Positions 9,990 to 21,461 of a DNA stretch of 64,000 bases are shown here, one piece after another; position 1 is the first letter of the stretch, and each line of letters starts with the position of its first letter. Below the pieces are notes generated by a model. That model ran no database searches, had not been told where the DNA came from, and saw only the letters and a program-made list of their open reading frames with translations. The position numbers were made by a program, and so were the translations under genes. Source of the DNA: TPA_inf: Saccharomyces (Eukaryota); NCBI GenBank assembly GCA_000146045.2, contig BK006938.2:960001-1024000 (forward strand). Reading direction: 5' to 3'.

Positions 9990-11474
9990 TCACTTCTTCA
10001 CGCAAGGACGTTTGACAGAGCTTTTTTCTTCCTCTGTCAACTTTCTCTTTAAAATATTAGTTAGCAGCTTTTCATCAGGAATAACCTTGTAATTCTTGTC
10101 GATGGTTTCTTCACAAACTTGCAGCGAATCTATTTCGCTTTTCAAAACTCTCCGAGCCATAACATCTCTTAGTTCTTCCCTTGTTAATGAGTTTCCTTTC
10201 GAAGGTTTTTCGATAGAAACGCACTTTTTTATGGGGTAATCGGCTAGACGCTTCATAATACAACGTTTCCATGTGGCACTACAGTTTGTAGTGGCGCGGG
10301 CACCTTCTATCAATTGTAAACACTTCTTTACAATTCTCTCCACTTGCCTTTCCATTGCTTTTATGTCCAGTTTGCATAAACCTGGAATTTGGCAAAGAAT
10401 TGTCAAGATTTGGACCAAAAGTATTAGTTGAGGCAACAATTCACCATTATTATAACAATCATATGAATCTAGTACTATTTCTTCACCTTCTAAGAATTCT
10501 TGAATATTGGCGTTATTGCGTAAGATATCAATACACCTGTCCAAAAATTCAGTATTCGTCTCAAAAGTCTCTTTTAACGCCTCGACAATATTTTCAAGTA
10601 ACACTTCTCCAAAATCATACTTCGAACCGTCCCATTCAACATACCCATATCTTCTTAGTAGTTCCGAATTTGGATGTTCTCCGTATATGTTGTACACTTG
10701 TTCATTCTTTTCAATATCCCTCAAAGCAACCATCTTTAAACAGTTAGAGTCGTAAGTTAAATTAGCGTTGCATTTACTGGTATCTGCATTCAACATATCA
10801 GCAAGTGGAATCATCGATTTCAAGTAGCGCTCATTTTCAAGTTCTTCTTCACTGGTTTCTTCTTCTTCATTTTCATTTACACTACTATCTTGCATTTCCA
10901 AATCAAAGGAGTAACTCAATATAATGCTTGCAATATAGGCAAAATTATCAAACTCGAAGGACGTCGCTACACGTGAAAATTCTCCACCAATTTGTTTGAT
11001 TGATTTAATAATTCTTTCATGCATCTCTTTGGCTTCCTTTTTTCCTATTCTTTCAAGGACAAGTGATGGTTTTAAAAGTTGCAGTTCATTATCATCCCAA
11101 AAAATTAACGCGTTCATATCGCTTGGTTTGTTCCAAACTTTAAAGTAAGGCGCCCATCGGCTTCTTTCTTGCAAAACTTCCATCTCATAAAGTATACAGA
11201 TAATTAAACCTTCCCACGATCCGGTTTCGTTCAGGAACTTATCCTTGAGAGAAGGATAATCCTTTATCAGTTGAGATGTTGTAACGCTTAAAACAGAACT
11301 ACGAGGTATTTTAAACAATGTTTCATCCTTCTTAATCTTTTGAGTGGCAACTACTGCGCGGCCTTGATTATCACAACAAAGATCTTTGATTTCTATCTTA
11401 GGGGATACTTCAATTTCAGCGGTAGTTTTTAACCAGCAAACAAAGTTTTCGGTATCTCTTGAAAAATCATCCAT
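9990..11474 (-). CDS. RKM4: SET-domain ribosomal lysine methyltransferase RKM4/SET7 (YDR257C), 494 aa
   Basis: 494-aa ORF with ATG start. Split SET-like architecture with an acidic insert (ENEEEETSEEELENE). Position between CTA1 and HSP78. Confidence 0.7.
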   Translation of the reverse strand: MDDFSRDTENFVCWLKTTAEIEVSPKIEIKDLCCDNQGRAVVATQKIKKDETLFKIPRSSVLSVTTSQLIKDYPSLKDKFLNETGSWEGLIICILYEMEVLQERSRWAPYFKVWNKPSDMNALIFWDDNELQLLKPSLVLERIGKKEAKEMHERIIKSIKQIGGEFSRVATSFEFDNFAYIASIILSYSFDLEMQDSSVNENEEEETSEEELENERYLKSMIPLADMLNADTSKCNANLTYDSNCLKMVALRDIEKNEQVYNIYGEHPNSELLRRYGYVEWDGSKYDFGEVLLENIVEALKETFETNTEFLDRCIDILRNNANIQEFLEGEEIVLDSYDCYNNGELLPQLILLVQILTILCQIPGLCKLDIKAMERQVERIVKKCLQLIEGARATTNCSATWKRCIMKRLADYPIKKCVSIEKPSKGNSLTREELRDVMARRVLKSEIDSLQVCEETIDKNYKVIPDEKLLTNILKRKLTEEEKSSVKRPCVKK

Positions 11475-11807
11475 TTTCGCAAACTTTCCCCTTTATTACT
11501 AGTCATATTGAAATGATCGTATTAAGCTTTTACAAAGGTAATGAAATTTTTTCATACTCGAGAGAAAAATATGTGACACATGTGTGTATTACCCGCAGTA
11601 ACTCTCGAAGATTACATTTGAATAATATCAATACTTCCAGACCAATAGCTTTATTGTATTGCCAGGGCACTTGGTACATGTAACATTCATCCAGTTTATT
11701 TGATACCAAAAATCTTTTATTTTAATTCTTCTATTTACAAAAGAGAAATGTGTATGTTTATATATGTATTTTCTTGGGAATTTATTATTCATAAACCGCT
11801 TGTGCAG

Positions 11808-14243
11808 TTACTTTTCAGCTTCCTCTTCAACAACTTCGCCTTCTTCATGATTTGGTAGCACGACAAGCTTAGTATCTTTAACCACCACTCTAACAGTTTC
11901 GCCGTTTCTAATTTGACCTTTTAATAAGAAAGTTGCCATGGAGTTCAAAATCTGTCTATGAATTAATCTATTCAATGGCCTTGCACCATATAATTGATCG
12001 TAGCCTTTGTCAGTTAGCCAATCCTTCGCTTCATCAGTTAAATCAATTTTCATTCTTTTTTCGGCCAAACGATCTTGAATTTCTGCAATTCTAATATCAA
12101 CAATTGACCTCAAAACTTTCTTGGATAGCCTATTGAAAACTAGAATATCATCAATACGATTGATGAACTCAGGTGGATAGGATCTTTTCATTGCTTCGAT
12201 AACTTTATTCTTGGTTGCGGTGTCAATCTTACCATCATCACCCAACTTTGTGTCGTTTAATAAAATATCTTGTCCAATGTTTGAGGTCATCACAATGATC
12301 GTGTTACGGAAATCAACATGATGGCCTAGGGAATCGGTCAGCTTACCTTCATCCAACACTTGCAACAGTAGTTTGGAAACATCGGGGTGCGCTTTTTCAA
12401 ATTCATCAAATAAAACGACAGCATAAGGCTTTCTTCTGACAGCCTCAGTTAATTGGCCACCAGATTCGCTTAAGACGTAACCTGGAGGTGCACCGATTAA
12501 ACGAGAGACAGTATGCTTCTCTTGAAATTCTGACATGTCAAAACGAATCACATTTGATTCGTCATCAAATAGGAATTCAGCTAAAGCCTTGGTCAATTCT
12601 GTTTTACCAGTACCAGTAGGACCTAAGAACATAAAGCTGGCAATAGGTCTCTTTTCACTGGTCAAACCAGCCCTTTGAAGACGTACAGCATCAGAAATAG
12701 CAGCAATGGCCTCGTCTTGGCCAACGACTCTTTCTTTTAAAGAATTTTCCATATACAGTAGGCGGTCCTTGTCGCCTTTCATCACCGTTTCTGTAGGAAT
12801 ACCAGTCATTTTGGCAACAACCTTAGAAATATCGTCAGAAGTAACTGAATCATGAAGTAAATTTACTTTATCTCCGTCCTTACTCTTCTCGCTTAAAGCT
12901 ACCTTCTTCTCCAAGTCAGGAATTCTGGAATATCGCAACTCGGATGCTTTAGTGTAATCACCCTCTCTCTGACACTTTTCCAACTCAATTCTTGCTTGTT
13001 CCAAATTTGCCTTAGCATTTTTGATAGATTCAATTTCAGCTCTTTCAGCGTCCCATATTTTTGTTAATCTGTTTAATTCATCATTTTTCATTTCTAGGTC
13101 CTTTTCCAACGCTTCTCTTCTTTCCACGGAAACAGGGTCGGTCTCTTTCTTTAAAGATTCCAGTTCTATTTGTATTTTCATAATAGCACGATCCAGTTTC
13201 TGTATTTCATCCGGTTTGGATTCATGTTGTAAACGTAGTACAGCACAAGCTTCGTCAACTAGATCAATGGCTTTATCAGGTAGAAACCTGTCTGTTATAT
13301 AACGATTTGAAAGAACTGCAGCAGACACTAAAGCTGTATCAGTGATCCTTACACCATGATGAACCTCGTACCTTTCTTTTAAACCTCTTAGTATAGAAAT
13401 CGTATCGGAGACGCTCGGCTCATTCAATAAGATAGGCTGAAACCTTCTCGATAAAGCCGGATCTTTTTCAATGATTTTGAATTCATCAAGAGTGGTTGCA
13501 GAGATACAACGTAGCCCACGGGCCAGTTTTGGCTTTAAGATGTTAGAAGCATCCATACTACCATCAGTTTTACCTAAGCCAAGCAGCATATGAACTTCAT
13601 CAATGAAAACAATAACCTTACCATTGGCCTTGTCAATTTCTTCTAAAACCTTTTTTAAACGTTCTTCGAATTCACCTCTATATTTGGCGCCAGCAATCAA
13701 AGATCCCAAATCCAAAGCTACTAGATCTTTATCTTTCAACGAGTCAGGGACCTCCCCAGCAACAATTCTTTGAGCTAACCCATCAATAAGGGCGGTTTTA
13801 CCGACACCAGCTCGACCGATCAAACATGGATTATTTTTTGTTCTTCTTGATAAAATTTGAATAGCTCTTGCGATTTCTTCGTCTCTGCCAATGACAGGGT
13901 CTAATTTACCGTCGCGCGCTAATTTTGTCAAGTTTGTACCAAATTGTTCTAAAGCTGGCTTTTCCGGTTGCTGATTGGGATCCATCCTCATTTGGACGTA
14001 CGTTCTTTTGAAATTGGGCAATCCATATGAGCTCTTGAGGGCGCAGGTTGAAATAGCGACTTCATTTAATGCATTTGTTTTTATATCTGATAGAAGTTTA
14101 TTGGCTACTCGAGGTCTTGCATTAAAACTGCAAATAGATCTTTTACACTGTACAATAGTGTATATTCGTGGAGTACTTCGCCTTAATAGTTGCGTTCTCT
14201 GTAAATATTTTTGTATTGGTGCTTTTGTAGCTTGTCTTAACAT
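11808..14243 (-). CDS. HSP78: Mitochondrial ClpB-family disaggregase HSP78 (YDR258C), 811 aa
   Basis: Two AAA+ modules with Walker A motifs (GRAGVGKT and GPTGTGKT). Coiled-coil middle domain. N-terminal basic/hydroxylated presequence. 811 aa. Confidence 0.95.
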   Translation of the reverse strand: MLRQATKAPIQKYLQRTQLLRRSTPRIYTIVQCKRSICSFNARPRVANKLLSDIKTNALNEVAISTCALKSSYGLPNFKRTYVQMRMDPNQQPEKPALEQFGTNLTKLARDGKLDPVIGRDEEIARAIQILSRRTKNNPCLIGRAGVGKTALIDGLAQRIVAGEVPDSLKDKDLVALDLGSLIAGAKYRGEFEERLKKVLEEIDKANGKVIVFIDEVHMLLGLGKTDGSMDASNILKPKLARGLRCISATTLDEFKIIEKDPALSRRFQPILLNEPSVSDTISILRGLKERYEVHHGVRITDTALVSAAVLSNRYITDRFLPDKAIDLVDEACAVLRLQHESKPDEIQKLDRAIMKIQIELESLKKETDPVSVERREALEKDLEMKNDELNRLTKIWDAERAEIESIKNAKANLEQARIELEKCQREGDYTKASELRYSRIPDLEKKVALSEKSKDGDKVNLLHDSVTSDDISKVVAKMTGIPTETVMKGDKDRLLYMENSLKERVVGQDEAIAAISDAVRLQRAGLTSEKRPIASFMFLGPTGTGKTELTKALAEFLFDDESNVIRFDMSEFQEKHTVSRLIGAPPGYVLSESGGQLTEAVRRKPYAVVLFDEFEKAHPDVSKLLLQVLDEGKLTDSLGHHVDFRNTIIVMTSNIGQDILLNDTKLGDDGKIDTATKNKVIEAMKRSYPPEFINRIDDILVFNRLSKKVLRSIVDIRIAEIQDRLAEKRMKIDLTDEAKDWLTDKGYDQLYGARPLNRLIHRQILNSMATFLLKGQIRNGETVRVVVKDTKLVVLPNHEEGEVVEEEAEK

Positions 14244-14472
14244 ATTTAACCTTGAAAGATTTTCACTCGCTTGTTTCAGGGTTCCTGGAATAGATAATAG
14301 AAGTCAAACTTTTCATGCTTACATATGCATATATATGTATATATATGTGTGTGCGTGAGTCAGTAACTAGGGGGTTTGATGAGCTTAGATACAATGAATC
14401 ACAGGGGTTTATTCAAAAAAAAAAGTCCGTGCACCCCCTATTCAAACGCGATGCCATTAGATGAAAGAACAC

Positions 14473-14490
14473 TTCTAGAACATTCTGGAA
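14473..14490. promoter_or_regulatory. Heat-shock element (4 contiguous inverted nGAAn units) in the HSP78 promoter
   Basis: TTCtaGAAcaTTCtgGAA with perfect 5-bp phasing. About 230 bp upstream of the HSP78 ATG at 14243. Confidence 0.8.
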
Positions 14491-14630
14491 AATAACAAAT
14501 TTTATCAGAACAGAATCACACCTTGATTTGTCTGTTACATTAATTATTAAAATTTATATGACCTATAAGGCCAAAGCAAAAAGTTGATCTTCCAGTACTA
14601 GAGATCAATATCTGCTCCCTATTTATTGTA

Positions 14631-15782
14631 TTACGTGGCACTATCCGAGTGTCTCCCTACTATTTCCTCCAGGGATCTTATTTTTTTTTTTAGTTGCTCT
14701 ATTTCATCTCGTTGTTCTTGTTCCTTTCTTTTAGTATTTTCAATATCCTCGATCATTCGTATATATTCAGCGTGGAAGCGTTTATTCTCAAGTTTTAGGT
14801 TTTCATTTTCATTTCTTGACATGTTGTGTTCATTTTTTATTATACTATTCTCATTCTTCAACATGTTGTTTTCGTTACATAAGACATCATACTCACTTCT
14901 TAACATAGTAATTGCATTCCTTATAGCTTCATGCTGAGCTATTAAAATGTTGTTGTCATTTCTTAATGAATCGTTTAATGATTTGAAGTTATTATTTTCT
15001 GCTAGTAAATCGTCAAATATCTTTGATTTTTGTTCGAGATTCTTGATGTATTTTTCTTTCCTTTGTCTAAATGCCTTTTGAGCGGTTCTATTTTGAGCAG
15101 CTCTTCTAGTATTTCTTAAAGTTTTGCCTGAACTACTTATGAGTTGGGTGTCTTTATCAGGAACAGGTTTGGTTACATTATCATTATTATCATTATTATC
15201 AGCTGAATTTTTAGCGGTATCAGCACTGTTTTGAAAAGAAGGAGGTGCAGTAGTAACACTGGTATTGCGAGATGGGAGGGTTGATAGTTGCTCCTCTGCA
15301 ATATACTCCTTATTCAAAGATATGCTCTGGTTCGGAAGTCCATTTGGTAAAGGGGGATTTATTTGATAAGGTGCATAAGATATGGAATAACTTTTAGGGG
15401 GGAATACCACGGAAGGTTGAATACTAACATGAGCATTTTGAGGTCTGTTGTAAGAAGCTGATTGTTTTCTTTCATTTGAATGCGGAGGGATGATATAAGA
15501 TGGATGTATAGGACTTTGATGCATCGATCTATAGTCAGACGGACCAGATAGATGCATCAAGTTTGGCAAAGGAGGCTGGATAGGATTGCTGTTAACAGAT
15601 ATGTCGGTGTCCCCATTAGTGGTTGTAGGATTTATTCTATAAGGTAACTTTTGGGACGTGCTGGGCTGTGCAATTTGCGGAGAAGGATGCTCATTTAGAT
15701 TCTTCTCAGAGGCATTATAAGTAGCCATTGAGCTGCTTCCCTGATTATACATATCGGGACGAATCAACGGAGGGTTTTGCAT
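14631..15782 (-). CDS. YAP6: bZIP transcription factor YAP6 (YDR259C), 383 aa
   Basis: Yap-type basic region RRAAQNRTAQKAFRQRKEKYIKNLE, then a leucine zipper. N-rich low-complexity regions. 383 aa. Confidence 0.8.
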   Translation of the reverse strand: MQNPPLIRPDMYNQGSSSMATYNASEKNLNEHPSPQIAQPSTSQKLPYRINPTTTNGDTDISVNSNPIQPPLPNLMHLSGPSDYRSMHQSPIHPSYIIPPHSNERKQSASYNRPQNAHVSIQPSVVFPPKSYSISYAPYQINPPLPNGLPNQSISLNKEYIAEEQLSTLPSRNTSVTTAPPSFQNSADTAKNSADNNDNNDNVTKPVPDKDTQLISSSGKTLRNTRRAAQNRTAQKAFRQRKEKYIKNLEQKSKIFDDLLAENNNFKSLNDSLRNDNNILIAQHEAIRNAITMLRSEYDVLCNENNMLKNENSIIKNEHNMSRNENENLKLENKRFHAEYIRMIEDIENTKRKEQEQRDEIEQLKKKIRSLEEIVGRHSDSAT

Positions 15783-16716
15783 TTGTCCCTTAGCACTCTT
15801 CGTTATTCTGTTGTTTATTGAAATTTCTAGACAAAAGTATATGCTATCGGATTCACGATTGGTGGGGAAAAAAACTCGGTGTTACAGTTTGAGGAAAGAT
15901 TGTGTTTAATATTGGTTCTGTAGTACACTCCACAATCTCTCAACTCGCATTGCTTTCCAAAGATAGTCTACTCTCGATACTACAAGGCTCCACTAACTGT
16001 GTTAACAAAATAAACAAAAAAAGAGATTCTCCAGAAATTAAAAACTTGAGAATAAAAAAAGAAATCAAAAGGAAAAGAAGCAGGGCCAAGAAATACTTAA
16101 TTAGCGTTTCAAATGCAGAAAAAAGTATGACAGAATGGAATCAAAGAGTATCAGAAATCATTAAAAAGTAATAGTTTACATTTGCCTGCAAACGATTCGA
16201 AAAACTTTTATCCACATGCAGTAAAAATAAGTGCAAGACTATGTTTAAAATTACAAAGAAAGCATAATCTTGAACAAAGTTTCTACCCTTCGGCATAATG
16301 CAAAGGGGCATTAGCTAAAAAAACAAAAACGGGTACGCTCTTTCTTAAATTCGCTATTACAATTCCGCAGATGCAGCAAGCAGCGAATAACTTTAACTTA
16401 AATGAAGTACGGAAAAAAAATTTAACATGCTATAAATCAGCCCATATAAACACCGCCTATCCCCCGCCGAAAAACTAGCCGGATCTATCTAAAGCGCCAA
16501 AAATCATTTCGCCGGAAACAAACCGAGAAAAAAATGCCTTTCTCGAAAGTAAACAAAGCAGTACAACTGTTTTGGGTGTTATTTTGTTCCGTGGATTTTA
16601 CGCCACTGTTTTGCTTTAAAAAAATTTCTCACACAATAGTCTAGTCTCAACGGCTGTGCATAGTACCCATACACCACAATTTCTGACTAATGATCAGCAT
16701 ATACGTCACGTTCTGC

Positions 16717-17229
16717 TCATCGTGACTGTGGGAGAGCCAGTTCGTGCCAACCGTTATTTCTTGCGTACGCCAATTGTGTGATGCGCCTATCAAAAATAGA
16801 ACCAGTTATCGTTTCTTTTCTTGGCTCATTGGCACCGTCGTTCCTGGAATTGGTTCCCCCGTTTAAAGAATGATCGAACGCCTGTCCAGCAAACGTCACT
16901 ACTCCATTACTCTCCAGTTCCATGCCATTGAATAGATTCCAATCGTCTTCATCATGAAAAGAGTTCCAGTAGCGGTTGCTATTTTGTTCACTTGTCATTA
17001 ATGCCTTACCTTGAGCGCTCTCGCGTACATTAGAATTCCTTTCCCCATCTTGGGGAGCTCTTCCCTCCTCCGCGTCGGTGCGAGTATTATCTTTCATAGC
17101 CATTGTAATATTTGCCACTTCGTCCGGAAGCGCCAGTATATCTTGATTCCATTCCGCATATAATATGTGATGTGGTGCTGGTAAATGGCGGTATTGAAAA
17201 TATGAATCCCTATAAGAACTTGAACTCAT
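16717..17229 (-). CDS. SWM1: APC/C subunit SWM1/APC13 (YDR260C), 170 aa
   Basis: The ORF-track entry (197 aa) starts at a GTG. The first ATG gives MSSSSYRDSYFQYRHLPAPHH..., 170 aa, matching SWM1. Confidence 0.65.
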   Translation of the reverse strand: MSSSSYRDSYFQYRHLPAPHHILYAEWNQDILALPDEVANITMAMKDNTRTDAEEGRAPQDGERNSNVRESAQGKALMTSEQNSNRYWNSFHDEDDWNLFNGMELESNGVVTFAGQAFDHSLNGGTNSRNDGANEPRKETITGSIFDRRITQLAYARNNGWHELALPQSR

Positions 17230-17520
17230 AATCGTGGTTGTTATACTTTGCTCACCCCACTTCTCTGATATTATTCTCCCTTCTCTCACGATACAGCTAG
17301 GCCACGGCACAAATATGATGTAGTACTAAGATTTTTTTTTTTGAGGTTGCAATTCAGATTGTTGTCTTTTTCTACGACATGCATAGAAGTATATCATATG
17401 ATATTTCGAACTTTGGGTGCTTTTCTACATAGTGCCTACGTTCTGAGTATCTATAATAATATAATGAAAAGTGTATATATAATTAGCACCATTAAACGCA
17501 CCACACTGTTGCCGTTTACT

Positions 17521-19209
17521 TTAAAGAGAAGCGCAAAGAGCGGCAATGGTGATAGCGAGTGCGCATACGCTCGCTTTCCAGGTCAAACTCATATTTTTGA
17601 TTGGTAATAGCTGCGAAGTTGTTAGTTTATTAGAAATTGCAGCATTCTTACTCTTCCTGGAAGTCGTAGTGGAGGACAAAACCGATGACGTTGTTCTTGG
17701 AAATGCCTGTGCTGATAAAGAGGATGAGAATTTTTCTTCGATAGATCCATCTGCTTTGAAGTACGTGTAGTTGTCGAAAGGGGAAGGGAAAAGGTTAGCT
17801 TCTTTTAGCTTCAAATAATCCCATTCTACGGCGTCTTCGGTCTTCCAATTCCAAAAAATCCATCCCGTTGTTTTTGACGAATAAGTGGCTAGCTGTGCCT
17901 CAATGAATTGTCTCACACGGTCACGGTAATCTTGCGTCCAATCAGCTAAGCTATTTTGGGATATACATGTTCCAACTGGCTTGTCGTTGGTGGTAAACAA
18001 CGTTGTATTGTAGTATGATCCATCGTAACGTGCACCCACCCCAACACCATTTAGCCAGGTTGCACAATCAGTAATAGCGCCTGACCATTCTCCGACTACT
18101 GCTGGGTGAAAAGAAAGTTCTTTGTGGATAGAGTCCCCATAATTGATAATGTTTTCAATACGTGCAAACTGAGTTTCGGCCAATTGCGCATCAGTAAACA
18201 CTTCATAATGATGATGGTCGACCAATATATCTTGAGAGCTGTAATTTGCACCAGTCAAATTGAAATAATGATGCGATACATTCTGGTAGGTTGGGTTTAG
18301 CTCCAAGTTCCAGTGACCGATTCCTTGAAAACCGTCATGAATAACAAACGTAGTGTTGTCACTCGAATTCTGATTTTTCTTGAGCAAGTCAAATGCTTCG
18401 TAATACATCTCCGTTATGTCTGAAACATCGATTTTGCCACCAAGCGGTTCGTTGACGATTTGAATACCCACCACAGGACTTTTGTCACCTTTATTTAAAA
18501 ATGTCTGGAACATATCTCTCCAAATAGCCAGAGTCAGTTCTTTAGTATTATTCAACCTTAACCAGCCTAAATCGCCATAGAGTATTCTTTCACCGGAATT
18601 ATCGAATCCATTCTGGGATCCAGGAGCACCATGTAGATCTAACCATACATTTAGTTCGTACTTTTGCGCCCATTCGAGAGCATTATTTAAATATTTCAGT
18701 TGTAATCCATCACTTACGTATGGATCATTGAAAGTTATGTTATCGATGTACAAGTTTTTATCAGTATTTTGTTTCCACGCCCAATATCCGATGGGGATCC
18801 TAACTAAATTGAAACCGTTGGTTTTGATTTGTTCAAAATCATCCTCTGTAATCCAAGTTTTGAAGTGATTATCCAATAAAGTTAGAGAGGTGTTATATCC
18901 TAAGGTTTTACAAAGAGTAAATTCGTCGACAATGGAGATATTGCTGGAAGAGTTTTGCTGTTTTGCCAGTGACGTAGCATTACGATATAATGATGGCGTG
19001 ATATAAGGTTCTGTTACTAGCCAGCCGCCAATAGTAATACCTTTCACGGTGATAGTGTCGTTTGCATAGTAGGAGGCGAATTTGTTTTGTAAAATATTTA
19101 GTTCCAAAGGCGATAACGATTCTTCCTTCTCTGTGGTGCCAACGCCTTGCGTGAATTTAGACAGGCATAAAACTAGAAATGCTGAAAAAAAAAACGACTT
19201 CAAAGGCAT
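17521..19209 (-). CDS. EXG2: GH5 exo-1,3-beta-glucanase EXG2 (YDR261C), 562 aa
   Basis: N-terminal signal peptide. GH5 catalytic NEP motif (IVNEPLGG). Many N-glycosylation sequons. C-terminal hydrophobic GPI-type tail. The track ORF starts at TTG; the first ATG (19207-19209) gives 562 aa. Confidence 0.85.
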   Translation of the reverse strand: MPLKSFFFSAFLVLCLSKFTQGVGTTEKEESLSPLELNILQNKFASYYANDTITVKGITIGGWLVTEPYITPSLYRNATSLAKQQNSSSNISIVDEFTLCKTLGYNTSLTLLDNHFKTWITEDDFEQIKTNGFNLVRIPIGYWAWKQNTDKNLYIDNITFNDPYVSDGLQLKYLNNALEWAQKYELNVWLDLHGAPGSQNGFDNSGERILYGDLGWLRLNNTKELTLAIWRDMFQTFLNKGDKSPVVGIQIVNEPLGGKIDVSDITEMYYEAFDLLKKNQNSSDNTTFVIHDGFQGIGHWNLELNPTYQNVSHHYFNLTGANYSSQDILVDHHHYEVFTDAQLAETQFARIENIINYGDSIHKELSFHPAVVGEWSGAITDCATWLNGVGVGARYDGSYYNTTLFTTNDKPVGTCISQNSLADWTQDYRDRVRQFIEAQLATYSSKTTGWIFWNWKTEDAVEWDYLKLKEANLFPSPFDNYTYFKADGSIEEKFSSSLSAQAFPRTTSSVLSSTTTSRKSKNAAISNKLTTSQLLPIKNMSLTWKASVCALAITIAALCASL

Positions 19210-20973
19210 ATTAGGACGTCCCAAGTAACGAACGGTCTACAATTGACTATTCTATAGAACGCGCTAAAATCTCAGCCAAGGAAAAGAGTTTTCAAATTTA
19301 TATAGGCGACGACGTATTCTCGAGAATTTGCGTTTTTCATTGTATTGTTTATTTTCTTCTTTTTTCGCGGGACTTATTTCTTGAACTCTGTCCGTAAATA
19401 GAATTAAAGGGACACATTTTTGCAGCGTCCCTGACCTTGTGATGTTTCAAAATAAACGCACACATTATTTTTAAATGGCAATTTCACGTAGTTTTAGTGG
19501 TTTGAAAATAATGATAAAATTTGGGCATTAATTGTGCAGATTATCAGTCAAAAAGTGAATCGAAATGTATCCCAATACAATTTCATGTGCATATTTCACT
19601 ACTACGAAGTGAATATTGTAAAAATCACGTTATGACATAACTGCTTTTAGTAAATCTATAAATTAAATGATTAATAGACATGTACCCGAGGATAATAGGA
19701 TTGGCGAAACTGGATATTTGTTTGTAGTATCACAGGTTAACATTATCGTTTTAGGACCTTTTTCACTTTGTCTGGTGATCTTGGGGAATCTCTATATCTT
19801 GAGATACTTGATTTAATTAGGCCTCCATAACCAGATTATGCATATTCGATTGGCAATGAATAACTTATAACTGAACGAGTTGTATCATTATCGATATCGT
19901 TATATATGGTATATCCAGGACTGACAGTCAACATATCACTTGACACTACCTTAAAATATTCAGGATTTACTAGGTATAATAGACAACAGACTAGTTAACG
20001 ACAAATACTGAACATAGAGACGTACAAAATATGATACTTGTGTTCCTGCCACAGCAAAGTTGATGTACTTAGTTGACTGTATATAATTTTTTTCTTTCAA
20101 CCTCTGCTTTATCTAACATTATTTGGCATTTTTTTATTTCTATCTAGTTAGATTTTAACTATAATCTGCTTATTCAGTATACAGTGTATTCTCTATTTTA
20201 TTTTTTTGTTATTTTTACATGTTTTCAATTTAGTCTACTAAGATTATATGTTACAATTCAGGTACTCCGTCAAATAGCCCCCTTAAAATACTGCTTATGT
20301 GCACCTGGCATGAAGATTGGTATGATATGCATATGATATGTTCTATTTCTAGGTTTATTGACTCTATGTTTTCTTTCTAAAAAATCTTGAACATGGTCGC
20401 GACAGCTACTTTGACAATCATTGATAATCAGCCGTGCGTCAGAACTGAAGGTCTGCTAAATGAGCAGAAGAAGCCAGAGCGTAAAGTTTTCTGTACGAAT
20501 AAAGAGGGGGGAAAGCCGTATTTTTTATTGAACGACTGCAGAACGGAGGATTATGACTGTTGTTATGAAAATAGCTAATATACAATATATGTGAAACTCC
20601 TTCGCAAGTATAATAACTCACATAGTCTTTGCTCTTCGCCATCAGTTACAAAGTGCGCTGCAACTTCCGAAATGCGATAAGTCGTGATGCGGTTACCTCG
20701 ATATCGAAACCTTCTGTTTGTCCGTAAAATATCGTGTAACACTAAAGCATACTTTTTCTCATCGATTTATGGCTCATCGACCAACCGAATTCTTTGATAG
20801 TTAATGTATGCTGCAGGCAGAAGGGCAGCCGTAGGTATAAAAAAGACTAGAGTTCACGATCCAAGCACTATTTGCCATTTTTGTGCCCTTTCAAATTATT
20901 CTTTTTTATCGCATTGTCATTCTGGTACTATTAAAGTAAAATTAAAAAGATTGAGGAAAATTTTTGGTAAAAA

Positions 20974-21055
20974 CGACAACTGCAGGACTCGAACCTGCGC
21001 GGGCAAAGCCCAAAAGATTTCTAATCTTTCGCCTTAACCACTCGGCCAAGTTGCC
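20974..21055 (-). tRNA. tS(AGA): tRNA-Ser (anticodon AGA)
   Basis: The reverse complement reads GGCAACTTGGCCGAGTGGTTAAGGCGAAAGATTAGAAATCTTTTGGGCTTTGCCCGCGCAGGTTCGAGTCCTGCAGTTGTCG. It has a long variable arm, a T-loop GGTTCGAGTCC and an AGA anticodon. Confidence 0.9.
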
Positions 21056-21143
21056 TCAATTTACAAGTAATTTGAATATTATTAGATAGTATGATGCAGT
21101 ATTATGACACACATCTAAACGTTAATAAAACACACATGCAACT

Positions 21144-21170
21144 TGTTGGAATAAAAATCCACTATCGTCT
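21144..21170 (+). repeat. 5' fragment (27 bp) of an older solo delta LTR, split by the Ty2 insertion
   Basis: TGTTGGAATAAAAATCCACTATCGTCT is an LTR start. It continues at 27135-27149 and again at 32643 onward (see findings). Confidence 0.7.
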
Positions 21171-21461
21171 TGTTGGAATAAAAATCAACTATCATCTACT
21201 AACTAGTATTTACGTTACTAGTATATTATCATATACGGTGTTAGAAGATGACGCAAATGATGAGAAATAGTCATCTAAATTAGTGGAAGCTGAAACGCAA
21301 GGATTGATAATGTAATAGGATCAATGAATATTAACATATAAAATGATGATAATAATATTTATAGAATTGTATAGAATTGCAGATTCCCTTTTATGGATTC
21401 CTAAATCCTCGAGGAGAACTTCTAGTATATCTACATACCTAATATTATAGCCTTAATCACA

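Noticed and set aside
15902-16171. 89-aa K/R-rich + strand ORF between YAP6 and SWM1
   Set aside because: Low-complexity lysine-rich translation of an A-rich promoter region. Probably a non-ATG start and no domain.
20387-20642. Overlapping 63-aa (+) and 67-aa (-) ORFs in the AT-rich EXG2 to tS(AGA) intergenic region
   Set aside because: No motifs. The two frames exclude each other. They sit in a Pol III-proximal region rich in repeat remnants. Most likely chance ORFs.
19225-20973. Possible ARS or LTR remnant in the EXG2 to tS(AGA) intergenic region
   Set aside because: The best ACS-like matches, such as TTTTACATGTTT, carry a mismatch. I could not assign the AT-rich sequence to any Ty LTR family by eye. 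This needs an ACS position weight matrix and a repeat library.
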